Below, piece by piece: positions 47,424-56,727 of a stretch of 64,000 nucleotides of DNA (position 1 is the stretch's first letter; the number at the start of each line of letters is the position of its first letter). Source of the DNA: Gammaproteobacteria bacterium. GTDB taxonomy: Bacteria; Pseudomonadota; Gammaproteobacteria; Eutrophobiales; Eutrophobiaceae. The notes beneath the pieces were generated by a model. That model worked only from the letters and a program-made list of their open reading frames with translations, was not told where the DNA came from and ran no database searches. The position numbers were made by a program, and so were the translations under genes. The stretch is taken from contig OZ244905.1 in the NCBI GenBank assembly GCA_965221695.1, forward strand, positions 32,001 to 96,000. The letters run 5' to 3'.

Positions 47424-49049
47424 ATGATAATCCGTTCTAAACTCGCTGTTTTTGACAGGCTCCGTGTCGCGTTGAAAAATATCGTTGGCAGCGATAATGT
47501 GATCAATGAGGGCGCGCTGATTGAAATCTATTCGATGGATTTCAGCGAGCAAAACAAAGGCAAAGCCGGTCTTATCATAAAACCACAAGAAACGGGGCAG
47601 GTGCCGGAGATAATGCGGCTGATCAATACCGCGGCGATACCTGTCAGTGTCCGTGGCGGCGGTATGTCATACACGCAGGGTCATGTGCCTGAATATGACG
47701 GCAGCATTATACTTGACACCAGCGCATTGAATCGTATCGTTGAAATTAATACGGTGGATATGTATATCACTGTGGAGACCGGTATAACCTGGAAAGAGTT
47801 GTACCATGCTTTGGATGGCACAGGCTATCACCTGCGTTTTGGCGGGACCATGTCCGGTGAGAGAGCTACTGTAGGAGGCGCAATAGGCAATAATGCGACT
47901 GCGGTTAAACGTGGAGAAGTTGTTGATAACCTTATCGGACTGGAAGTGGTATTGATGGATGGTAGTTTAATACAGACCGGGAGTCGGGCGGCCGGCCGGC
48001 CGGTGCAACCCATGCAGAATTATGGGCCTGATCTCACCGGATTGTTTGTTCATGATGCCGGTATCATGGGTGTAAAAACCAAGGCGACTTTTCGCATCGA
48101 ACGCCAGCCAATGGGCGTTTGCTACGCCACGTTTGGTTTTCAGGATACACATCGACTGATAGAAGCCATGTGCCAGATATCTCGGCTGGATGTGGTGAGT
48201 GATCACGCCGCGTTTTCAGAATATCACAATAAGATGTTTGCCAGTGAGCCTCCTCCGACTCGTGAGGAAATGCTCAAAATGTCCAAGGCAGTGCTTCGTG
48301 TTGCCCCGACGCACCTTCAGGGCTGGATAAACTTGATGAGATTGACACGCCCCGGCGGGATGAAATTTCTCAAAGACTGGAAACATTCATTGCACCTGAT
48401 CGTAGATGCAAACGACCAGGTCATTGCTCGACGAAATATGCGTGAGGTTCGTAAAGTTGCTATTTCTCTTGGAGGAAAACCATTGCCAGCGGTTCTTACG
48501 ATTGCACTGCGCGCCATGCCGTTTTATCCAGTTGAGCGGTTAATTGTAGGCGCTTATCGCGAAAACAACACCTTTCCAAGCAATCGTATCACTTCGTTGA
48601 GTCGCGCCCACGAATTATACGATTGCGCGCTGGCATTTTTTGCCGAAAATAAAGACTTCATGCAACAACACGGATTGCGACACACGATAATCTTCATGTG
48701 TGTACATAATAACAATTTCGGGATCGAACCCATTATCTTCTGGCGTGATTCCATGAGCCCGTTACGCTCGGCGATACTGACCTCAACTCGTAGGGACGAA
48801 TTAATGGCTATAGAGGATGATCCGGAAACCCGCGCGGCAGCCATAGATCTGCGCGCCCGTCTCAGAGACCGTCTGAGCTCCAGAATACCCGGCGCTCATT
48901 ATCAGATTGGGAAATATTATCATTACATGCAGGACTTAAGGGATGAGCGCTGTCGCAACAGCATCATACAAATGAAAAAAACATTGGATCCAAAGGGTCT
49001 GTTAAACCCGGGTGGTCTCGGGATTGAAATAATCGATTGGAAGCAGTAA
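47424..49049 (+). CDS. FAD-binding oxidoreductase (VAO/D-lactate dehydrogenase-type fold)
   Basis: 'VRGGGMSYTQG', 'LNRIVEIN..DMYITVETG', 'ATVGG', 'GLEVVLMDG', 'GPDLTGLF', 'KKTLDPKGLLNPG'. Confidence 0.88.
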   Translation: MIIRSKLAVFDRLRVALKNIVGSDNVINEGALIEIYSMDFSEQNKGKAGLIIKPQETGQVPEIMRLINTAAIPVSVRGGGMSYTQGHVPEYDGSIILDTSALNRIVEINTVDMYITVETGITWKELYHALDGTGYHLRFGGTMSGERATVGGAIGNNATAVKRGEVVDNLIGLEVVLMDGSLIQTGSRAAGRPVQPMQNYGPDLTGLFVHDAGIMGVKTKATFRIERQPMGVCYATFGFQDTHRLIEAMCQISRLDVVSDHAAFSEYHNKMFASEPPPTREEMLKMSKAVLRVAPTHLQGWINLMRLTRPGGMKFLKDWKHSLHLIVDANDQVIARRNMREVRKVAISLGGKPLPAVLTIALRAMPFYPVERLIVGAYRENNTFPSNRITSLSRAHELYDCALAFFAENKDFMQQHGLRHTIIFMCVHNNNFGIEPIIFWRDSMSPLRSAILTSTRRDELMAIEDDPETRAAAIDLRARLRDRLSSRIPGAHYQIGKYYHYMQDLRDERCRNSIIQMKKTLDPKGLLNPGGLGIEIIDWKQ

Positions 49050-49190
49050 ACAAAACGCATAGCATCTGGTAGGCCCAGTAAGCAGCAGGTAGCGAAGCTT
49101 GCTGTAGACGGGCTGGCGCTCGCGCTTCCCGATGGATTACGAGACCACTCGAAAAGTGTTCACGTTCAACCAGAAGCCACAATCAAACTG

Positions 49191-49886
49191 TTATGTTCCT
49201 TTTTCAATTGTAAAAGAAATACTGTAGCGTCTGGATTGGCTATCCAGTAAAGGTTCGACTGAATGCGGCAAGTATTGGGGAAAAAGGATTAACACTGATT
49301 CACGTGGTGAGATCACTTTGAGAGCTTCATAATAACGTGATTCGGGAGGTTTGATTACTTGTCTTTTTACGATATAACTGGGATCGTAGATAACAAGCTC
49401 TCCTCCTACTCCTGTTTCCTTGAAAATTAACTGGGGATTGAAGTCATCAAGATTTTCTTTCGTGCTTTGACCTGAGGCAGGAAGAGAAACAGGGTAGTAG
49501 ACTCCGGTAGCAATTACCATTCCTGAACCATGAATATGGTACATGGAATGCCCGGTGTTAGTTGAGATGCAATTGGCCCAGAGCCCTGCACATTTTACGG
49601 ACGAGACATCGGTAAATTTAATTTGAGCCAGGTAGGTTGCGGCGCTTGTTTCGATATGTTGTTTAAGTTCTAAAAAAGAATCATATTTATTTTCCAGGTC
49701 GGCTGCCGATTGCCAGGCGGACACAAAGCTTCTTGATGCAGAAGAGTTATTTTCTTCCATTTCAATATGAATATCGCGCATCAACCTGCGATTCAACTCT
49801 CTTGCGCTTTCTCCAAAATTGTCAATGACAATCGGAACCGGAAATAAGTCAGCGCAATTTATATTATGTTTTATATTCTTAGCCAT
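49191..49886 (-). CDS. Putative 2OG-Fe(II) oxygenase (TIGR02466-like)
   Basis: 'LFPVPI', 'WAN', 'HIH', 'TGVYY', 'GELVIYDP', 'LFPQYLPHSV', 'RYSISF'; ATG 49886 preferred to the longer overlapping ORF. Confidence 0.8.
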   Translation of the reverse strand: MAKNIKHNINCADLFPVPIVIDNFGESARELNRRLMRDIHIEMEENNSSASRSFVSAWQSAADLENKYDSFLELKQHIETSAATYLAQIKFTDVSSVKCAGLWANCISTNTGHSMYHIHGSGMVIATGVYYPVSLPASGQSTKENLDDFNPQLIFKETGVGGELVIYDPSYIVKRQVIKPPESRYYEALKVISPRESVLILFPQYLPHSVEPLLDSQSRRYSISFTIEKGT

Positions 49887-49932
49887 CCTGTTCGATTTTA
49901 TTGGCCGTACTTGACATACATATTTTTCACCA

Positions 49933-50844
49933 TCAGGAATAAGCCGCAATAAATGTCGGCCACGGGACAAGTCCCGCATCCTTTGGCGTCTTTCCTGACC
50001 AAAGATATGGCGCCTTAGCGTGTTGTCGCGGGGGTATTTGTGTCGCGCCCGTTGTTTTAATTGCCAGTTCAACGGCGAATGAATTTGCGGCATGTTGCTT
50101 AATTCCATGACTCACATTGGTATCTACAAGATTTACCTGCGAAATAAACACAATGTGTTCTACTCCTGCATCCAGGCATTTCTCCGGTACTGAACAACAG
50201 GTTGCCCGGTAATCAAGATAGCCTTTTTCGGTAACAGCCGTAGGAGCGCCACTGGTGTAAACCACTTCTCCATTCCAATCACTTACCAGGACAAATATGA
50301 TGCTGTCTGCGGGCGCGCCTCCCCCCGCTAAGGAAAAAGGATTCCAACTGATATCAAGTGTATTGTTTGCGTCAATTGCATTGAGGTCAGTCACTGGCCG
50401 ATTGCTTTGAGAGAGAACAACAGGGCCGGGAACAGGTATCTGAGTTTGTTGTTGCAACCCTCCGATGCTGATAGGCTCAAGCATTCGAGATCTGGCGGAT
50501 CCCATAATTTTCCAGGTATATCGGGTATCGGGCGGGTGTGCTGTCTCCAATGAAGCCAGGTCATCATAAGACTTGGACTTCCTGGTATAATATGCTCCAT
50601 TGCTAAAAGCTCTTGGATCTTCTTCCCGGTAGCAGGCCAACGGAACTTCAGCGTGCTGCTTGTACAAGATTGCTTCAACGCCTTCCACCTGTGCTGTTTC
50701 CTGGTAAATCGTCTCCGCCAGGAAATGATAATCGGTTGGATATATCAATCCCCGGTGGTCTTGCCTGTAAGTAACATATTTTTCCACCCAGGTTATATCT
50801 ATCCCTGGTCTGACTGTTGTATTCAAGTCGTTGGCTGCGGACAT
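49933..50844 (-). CDS. Hypothetical protein (beta-rich, 303 aa)
   Basis: Long ORF co-oriented and tightly spaced within the TBDR-sulfotransferase operon; no family recognised. Confidence 0.7.
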   Translation of the reverse strand: MSAANDLNTTVRPGIDITWVEKYVTYRQDHRGLIYPTDYHFLAETIYQETAQVEGVEAILYKQHAEVPLACYREEDPRAFSNGAYYTRKSKSYDDLASLETAHPPDTRYTWKIMGSARSRMLEPISIGGLQQQTQIPVPGPVVLSQSNRPVTDLNAIDANNTLDISWNPFSLAGGGAPADSIIFVLVSDWNGEVVYTSGAPTAVTEKGYLDYRATCCSVPEKCLDAGVEHIVFISQVNLVDTNVSHGIKQHAANSFAVELAIKTTGATQIPPRQHAKAPYLWSGKTPKDAGLVPWPTFIAAYS

Positions 50845-50876
50845 CAAGATAGAATTTCAGTTGCATTCCGTGTGTA

Positions 50877-52454
50877 TCATGTATGAATCCCGGCTGCTTT
50901 TAGCTTATCAGTCAATGGTTGTAAATGCTTTTCGAACCCGCGCCACCTGGCGACAGAAGACCGGTACAGCGGTTCCCGGACTTGGCTGGCGCTGCCTGTC
51001 ATTGAGGCCTGTTCATTCAGATGAAACTCCAAGCATGCATCCTCCCAATCCAGTCCGAGATAAGCAAGTAAATCCCTTGTTGCCTTTTTCTGATCATTGA
51101 TTACTTCTTCATACTCGATTTCATACATCCAGCCAGGGGGAAGCGTCTCCCGCCAATGTGTCATCAACTTGTGGTGCTCGATATAATATTCGCCTAATTC
51201 ATGCAAATCATAGGAGAAGGGATAGGCATTCTTGAACAAGTATTTATACATGGCAAAACAACTGGCGACCGGATGACGTTTGACGTGCACAACTTTTGCA
51301 TTGGGCAAAGCAAGGTATATCAAACCGATGTATAGACTGTTCAATGGCAACTTATCGATGAACCTGGATGAACTCTTTATCTGCATCTCGACTGTGGTTG
51401 TATAATTTTTACCCAGGCTGTTCATATCTACCGTTAACGAAGCGTCAGGCAAATCAAGACGACCCGGCTGTATGCCTTTACGATCTGCGCAAACCAGTTT
51501 CAACAGTTCAATTGCAAAATGATTGAGCTCGCCAGCAGTGACAACCAGACTGTGTGACGATATTATGCGCTCGACCAGGGTTGAACCTGTGCGCGGGAGA
51601 CCCAATACAAAAACAGGGTTCGTTGAAGGATAACCCTGACCATTCGCCATCTTCAGCGCTTCGCTATTGAAAGCCTTGATGATCGCGTCAAAAATCCTGA
51701 TATCATCTTTCAAGTCATATTTCAGGTTGCGCCGTTTAAGCGTCGCGCCTCTCTCAAGATATTTGAACGACTCATCATACTCCTCCAGGTCTTCCAATTC
51801 TTTTGCCAGCGCATACGCTACCTGCACTGCTCCGCGCCAGTTTTTTACGCCCTGTTCCAGGCGCCCTTTTAATTCCTTTATATGGTTGTCAGATTCTGTT
51901 TGCCTTCGTAAAGAGGAACGAAGATTCAACATCTCATAATCATGAGGATCAACCTGCAAGGCCTTGTTACAAGCCTGCTCTGCATTGCCCAGATCGCCTA
52001 GAAAACGGTAAACAGAAGCCATTCCACGTTGTAATTCATTCCTGTCTGGTTCTATTGCTTCAGCATTTTTATAACAGTTGAGCGCCCCCAGGTGGTCATC
52101 ACAACGCACCAGGACAGAGGCCAGCATCAATTGATCATCAACAGAGCTCACTCCCGTATTTATTGCCAGGGTCGCGGAAGTTTTTGCCTCAGTAATCAAT
52201 CCGGCAAGAACAGCGCAACGAGCCCGCTGTACATGCCTCTTGGGATTAAGTCTATCCAGCTCCACTGCGCGGTTGATCTCGGTCCATGCATGTTGGATCT
52301 TGCCTTGGCGCAGAGATATCTCACTGGCTAACGCCCAAACGGATGCATTGGAATCCGGGCTTGATTTAAGCGCTGTAACAGCAGCTTCAGCAGACTGCAA
52401 GCGGCCTTGCCGCAGCAGCTCTGTAGCTGTCTGTAATGAATTAGTTGTTGCCAT
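50877..52454 (-). CDS. TPR-repeat sulfotransferase family protein
   Basis: N-terminal TPR-like helices; PAPS motif 'VFVLGLPRTGSTLVERIISSH', 'GEL', 'FIDKLPLN', 'RHP', 'YE', 'TGSASQVREPLY'. Confidence 0.9.
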   Translation of the reverse strand: MATTNSLQTATELLRQGRLQSAEAAVTALKSSPDSNASVWALASEISLRQGKIQHAWTEINRAVELDRLNPKRHVQRARCAVLAGLITEAKTSATLAINTGVSSVDDQLMLASVLVRCDDHLGALNCYKNAEAIEPDRNELQRGMASVYRFLGDLGNAEQACNKALQVDPHDYEMLNLRSSLRRQTESDNHIKELKGRLEQGVKNWRGAVQVAYALAKELEDLEEYDESFKYLERGATLKRRNLKYDLKDDIRIFDAIIKAFNSEALKMANGQGYPSTNPVFVLGLPRTGSTLVERIISSHSLVVTAGELNHFAIELLKLVCADRKGIQPGRLDLPDASLTVDMNSLGKNYTTTVEMQIKSSSRFIDKLPLNSLYIGLIYLALPNAKVVHVKRHPVASCFAMYKYLFKNAYPFSYDLHELGEYYIEHHKLMTHWRETLPPGWMYEIEYEEVINDQKKATRDLLAYLGLDWEDACLEFHLNEQASMTGSASQVREPLYRSSVARWRGFEKHLQPLTDKLKAAGIHT

Positions 52455-52588
52455 ATTCATTAAACAATGCGGGCAAGCCTTCTGAGGGGCGTGGTTGTAT
52501 CGCACAGCAACACGTTGACTGCTGACCCAGCAAAAGGGCCAACAACCGCACAGATATACAATTACTCAGGCTGAGCGCTGAGCGAGCA

Positions 52589-54985
52589 TTATTTTCCGTA
52601 ATGCCAGTTAATTCGCACACCGAAGGTCTGTGGTTTGATAACTCCGTGCCCTTGATCTGACGCGCCGAAAAATTCTGCGCTCGATACGATGGTGCTGCCA
52701 CGAGTATTGGTCAGGTTTTCTGCAAACGCCGTCACGCGATAATTGTCTTTTTGCCAGGATAGAGAAGCATTCCAGACAGCAAATCCACTGAACTTCACGA
52801 AATTATCCGTTACCAGAGTAGGATGGTCGACAAAAGCGCTGTTTGCATTGCTACGATAAGCCAGGTCCGTATGAAAAACAATCTTTGAATCCGGTAACAA
52901 ATGTTCATAGTTGAGACCAGCGAACAACATATGTTTGGACGCTCCCGGCAATGTTGTTCCATCCGGCACCTCTGTCTCGGGGTCACCTGTACGCTGATTG
53001 AAAGGATCAGTGGTTTCAGCATCCGTGTACGTATAACTAAACCCGAATGATACCTGTTCAGATAAATAGCCATTCAATTCCAACTCAACTCCCCGCGAAC
53101 GCGCGCCAGGCACATTATCGACAAAGGCAATACCAAACGGTGATGACAATGTTGTTTGAAAATTCTGCCAGTCTACCCAGAATGCCGTCACTGTATAATT
53201 TAGCCGGTTGTTCAAGTTTCCCTTGGCCCCTATTTCAAAGTTCTCGGCATCATCTGAGTCAAATCGAAGAATTTCAGAATTATCATTGCCGAATACATCC
53301 GTTTCAGGCAACTGGTTTGCGCCACCTGCGCGAAAACCCTGGGACCAGGTGAAAAAAGCCAGCATATCATCAGTTACTTCGTAAGAGGTATTGACTTTGA
53401 AAATTTCATCAGACACTTCGTTTTCTGTAGGATTGATGCCGCCCAGCAGAAAATCATCGGTTGCCGTCCCGTAATAAAAAAACTCTAATGTGCGGGAAGC
53501 AAATGGCAACGGGATACCTGAACTGCCCTCGAGATCCTGTTTGAAGATTCGCACTCCCCCGGTCACCTGCCAACGTTCAGTGATATTCCAGGTCAGCTCA
53601 CCGAACACTGCTTGATCAGTAAATTCCTGTTCGGTTCCACCGGTTGCCAGGGTATCAGTGAAATTCAAGGGAGGATTTAAGCCGAAATAGGCATTGGTAT
53701 AGTCATTTACGCCAAACAGGGGTTGATACAGGTCGAAATCCAGATCGTTCTCCAGGTAGAACGCGCCGACAACCCATTCAAATTTCCCTTCGTGTTGGGA
53801 AACCAGACGAATTTCCTGTGTGAAAGTCTGTATATTCTGACGCCGGAAAATCGGCGAGATGATACGTGGCAAACCAAAATAATACTGGGGAATATTCGTG
53901 CGCAAAAAACCCGAGGACTCGGAAATACTGTCAAGAGTTATTTCAGAATAGCCGCTGGTGGAAGTCAATCTTGCAAAACCCAGGTCAAATTCAACATCGA
54001 TGTTCCCAAGCTGAATGGAAGCATCCTGCGGGTCGGTAAATGCCTTGTAGGTAACGTATTCATCACCAGCGCCATAATATGGATTATCTTCGTAGCGACT
54101 GTCTACCTTGGTATCCTGGTAGTGATAATTGAAATTCGCCTCTATCCGGTCATTGGGAACAAACCGTAAGCTGGCGCGAGCAAATGTCACTTCACCATCA
54201 TTCGCGTCTTCTTTGGGAGAAGCCTTGGCCGCGGGACTGCCCAGGATATCAGACGGGTCTGCCAGAATTACCGCCCCTGGATTGCGCTCGGTCCCGGTAT
54301 GTTGCACCAGTCCTTCAGCGTCGATAAAACCGACGATCTGCTCATGTCCGACCGAACCTCGAAATGCCAGGTTATCACTTATCGGCACATTCACCGTCAA
54401 GTACCCTTCATAACCTACGTCATCAGACTTCTTGGTAAAAGAGCTTTCAGCATTAACGTCCAGACTGAAACTATCGAAATCCGCTTTGTTCGGAATGAAA
54501 CGAACAGTGCCGCCCACGGAACCTGAACCGTAAAGCGTGCCTTGCGGACCGCGTAAAACTTCTACTCGATCAAGATCGACCAGTTTTATCGGGTAGAACA
54601 CCGGGGTCTCACCGACATAGGTGGAAACTGTGGACTGACCGATGCGGGGATTATCATCTTCATTACCGGCTGCATTGGCATTCAGCCCACGTATATTAAA
54701 ATTGTTGCGGTTGCCGGATACTCGCGGCCCTTCATCAAATGTGCTTAGTCCCGGGACCATACGAATCATCGCAGAAATATCATTAACACCTGCAACTTCT
54801 AGTTGTTCTGCTGACAAGGCGGTAATATTGTAGGGAACATCCAGAATTGCTTCCTCCCTACGATTGGCAGTAACCACCACTTCTTCCAGTATCGCTCCTG
54901 AATTTGTCTCCTGTGCAGGAACAACATTGGACTGCAGCGCCAGGCCAATAGCGATACTGAGCGGTTTACGCATGGGTATCTTCAT
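52589..54985 (-). CDS. TonB-dependent receptor
   Basis: Signal peptide, 'LEEVVVTANRRE', 'VEVLRGPQGTLYGSGSVGG', 'SQGFRAGG', C-terminal 'TFGVRINWHY'. Confidence 0.95.
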   Translation of the reverse strand: MKIPMRKPLSIAIGLALQSNVVPAQETNSGAILEEVVVTANRREEAILDVPYNITALSAEQLEVAGVNDISAMIRMVPGLSTFDEGPRVSGNRNNFNIRGLNANAAGNEDDNPRIGQSTVSTYVGETPVFYPIKLVDLDRVEVLRGPQGTLYGSGSVGGTVRFIPNKADFDSFSLDVNAESSFTKKSDDVGYEGYLTVNVPISDNLAFRGSVGHEQIVGFIDAEGLVQHTGTERNPGAVILADPSDILGSPAAKASPKEDANDGEVTFARASLRFVPNDRIEANFNYHYQDTKVDSRYEDNPYYGAGDEYVTYKAFTDPQDASIQLGNIDVEFDLGFARLTSTSGYSEITLDSISESSGFLRTNIPQYYFGLPRIISPIFRRQNIQTFTQEIRLVSQHEGKFEWVVGAFYLENDLDFDLYQPLFGVNDYTNAYFGLNPPLNFTDTLATGGTEQEFTDQAVFGELTWNITERWQVTGGVRIFKQDLEGSSGIPLPFASRTLEFFYYGTATDDFLLGGINPTENEVSDEIFKVNTSYEVTDDMLAFFTWSQGFRAGGANQLPETDVFGNDNSEILRFDSDDAENFEIGAKGNLNNRLNYTVTAFWVDWQNFQTTLSSPFGIAFVDNVPGARSRGVELELNGYLSEQVSFGFSYTYTDAETTDPFNQRTGDPETEVPDGTTLPGASKHMLFAGLNYEHLLPDSKIVFHTDLAYRSNANSAFVDHPTLVTDNFVKFSGFAVWNASLSWQKDNYRVTAFAENLTNTRGSTIVSSAEFFGASDQGHGVIKPQTFGVRINWHYGK

Positions 54986-55104
54986 TATTTTATTCCCCCT
55001 TTGTACAACTAAATGGTCAATAAGAACAACAAAACATAATTATCCTTCTTACACCCTGTTGTAAATCACAAAACGATAAACCTGGCTTTGCAGATTTACA
55101 AACT

Positions 55105-55126
55105 ACCTCTGATTAAGTCAGAGCTT
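55105..55126. repeat. Solo terminal hairpin of MITE family A (eroded)
   Basis: ACCTCTGATTAAGTCAGAGCTT. Confidence 0.55.
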
Positions 55127-55190
55127 ACCTGGCAAATAATATATTCCTCTCATAAGCTCCAAGAATATATGCGTATTTTATAAGGTTAAG

Positions 55191-55341
55191 GGAAACTCCG
55201 ATTAGGTCAGAGTTTCCTGCGATACAGGGATGTATCGCCAAATTCAATGACGATAAGTCATTGAATTTGAGAGCAAAACAAAAATCGCATTTTTGTTGTG
55301 CGTGCTCTGACAAGTCCAGGATGGACTTGTTCAGAGCTTCC
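55191..55341 (-). mobile_element. MITE family A, 151-bp variant copy, TAAG target duplication
   Basis: TAAG at 55187-55190 and 55342-55345; same length and hairpins, with compensatory substitutions. Confidence 0.9.
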
Positions 55342-55403
55342 TAAGATAATATAAGCGGCTTAACCAGGGCAAAACATGGCTCTTGTTTCCGCAATCAGTA
55401 GTT

Positions 55404-56348
55404 ATGACACGATTTGATAACGTGCTCGGACAAATACACAATATCGATATCAAGCTTTTACGTATTTTTCATACGATCGTAAAATGTGGAGGCTTTTCGC
55501 TTGCACAGGCCCAACTCAACCTCAGCCAGTCGGCTATTAGCACGTATATGTCGCAACTTGAAATCCGGTTGGGAATGCGGCTTTGCGAGCGTGGTCATGG
55601 TGTATTCAAATTGACCGATGAAGGTCGCGCAGTATTAGTGGCAACCGAAAAGTTATTTTCAGCTCTGGAGAGTTTCCAGAACGAGGTGACCGAATCACAG
55701 AATAAATTACTGGGTGAATTGCGTATCGGATTTATCGATAACAGCGTGACTCATCCTGATGGACGCATCTGCAAAGCAATAAGAAACTTTATCGAACGTG
55801 CGCCGGACGCACATATCAAGGTCTACATAGGTGGCGCTATTGAACTTGAAGAACAGGTTATGGATGGTAGCTTGCAACTCGCAATCGGATTGTTCCACCA
55901 TCGTTTGCCAAGCCTGGAATATAGTTTTCTTTTTGAAGAAGAACATCTGCTCTATTGCGGCTACGAGCATCCTTTTTATTCCTGTAGTGATTCCGAATTA
56001 ACGCCAGACATTATTGCCAACGCAAATTATGTTAGTTGGGATTACGTGGAGTCTCTACCGGGATGGGAACCACCGTTTTCTTTTCATGACGTCGCTTCTT
56101 CTCCGTATATTGAAGGTATTGCGTTTTTGATCCTCTCGGGTAGGTATGTGGCTTTCCTGCCTACTCACTATGCAGGTTTCTGGACGGAGAAAAACCAGAT
56201 GCGTCCAATTTTGCCCGAGAAGACCAGGCGGACGACACCCTTCCACCTCATTACCAATAAATCTACCAGCAAGTCTCAATTATGCCGAACTTTTCTGGAA
56301 GCGTTGGGGAATCTTTCCAGTATTCCCGGGGACCATAAAGTTCAGTAA
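55404..56348 (+). CDS. LysR-family transcriptional regulator
   Basis: 'LLRIF..IVKCGGFSLAQAQLNLSQSAISTYMSQLE.RLG.RLCERG..FKLTDEG', 'GELRIG'. Confidence 0.93.
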   Translation: MTRFDNVLGQIHNIDIKLLRIFHTIVKCGGFSLAQAQLNLSQSAISTYMSQLEIRLGMRLCERGHGVFKLTDEGRAVLVATEKLFSALESFQNEVTESQNKLLGELRIGFIDNSVTHPDGRICKAIRNFIERAPDAHIKVYIGGAIELEEQVMDGSLQLAIGLFHHRLPSLEYSFLFEEEHLLYCGYEHPFYSCSDSELTPDIIANANYVSWDYVESLPGWEPPFSFHDVASSPYIEGIAFLILSGRYVAFLPTHYAGFWTEKNQMRPILPEKTRRTTPFHLITNKSTSKSQLCRTFLEALGNLSSIPGDHKVQ

Positions 56349-56436
56349 ACATGAATGCTGGTTTCAATCCTTTTTGATAGTGAAGCGCGATGAAATGTAT
56401 AGAATGTATTTGACAGGCCAGTACTAGAGCCCGCAA

Positions 56437-56715
56437 GTGCAAATAGATTATTTATATAACGTAATTGGAAGTATCGGTGTAATTTTGATAGTCGGATCAT
56501 ATCTGCTGTTAACCATACACCGCCTGTCATCCACGGACCTCATCTACTCCGTACTGAACGCGGCAGGAGCAACTATGATCATCTTGTCATTGCTGCATAA
56601 TTTCAATCTGGCCGCATTTTTAATCGAACTTTTTTGGCTGGTTATAAGCATAATTGGTATTGTGCTCGCGCTTAAGGCAAGGATGAATTCCCAAAGTAAA
56701 AACTTGCAAACCTGA
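56437..56715 (+). CDS. Small 3-TM membrane protein (CBU_0592-like)
   Basis: 'IG.IGV.LIV.SY.LL', 'YSVLNAAGA', 'SLLHNFNLAAFLIE.FW..IS..G'. Confidence 0.75.
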   Translation: MQIDYLYNVIGSIGVILIVGSYLLLTIHRLSSTDLIYSVLNAAGATMIILSLLHNFNLAAFLIELFWLVISIIGIVLALKARMNSQSKNLQT

Positions 56716-56727
56716 CTCTCTTGGAAT

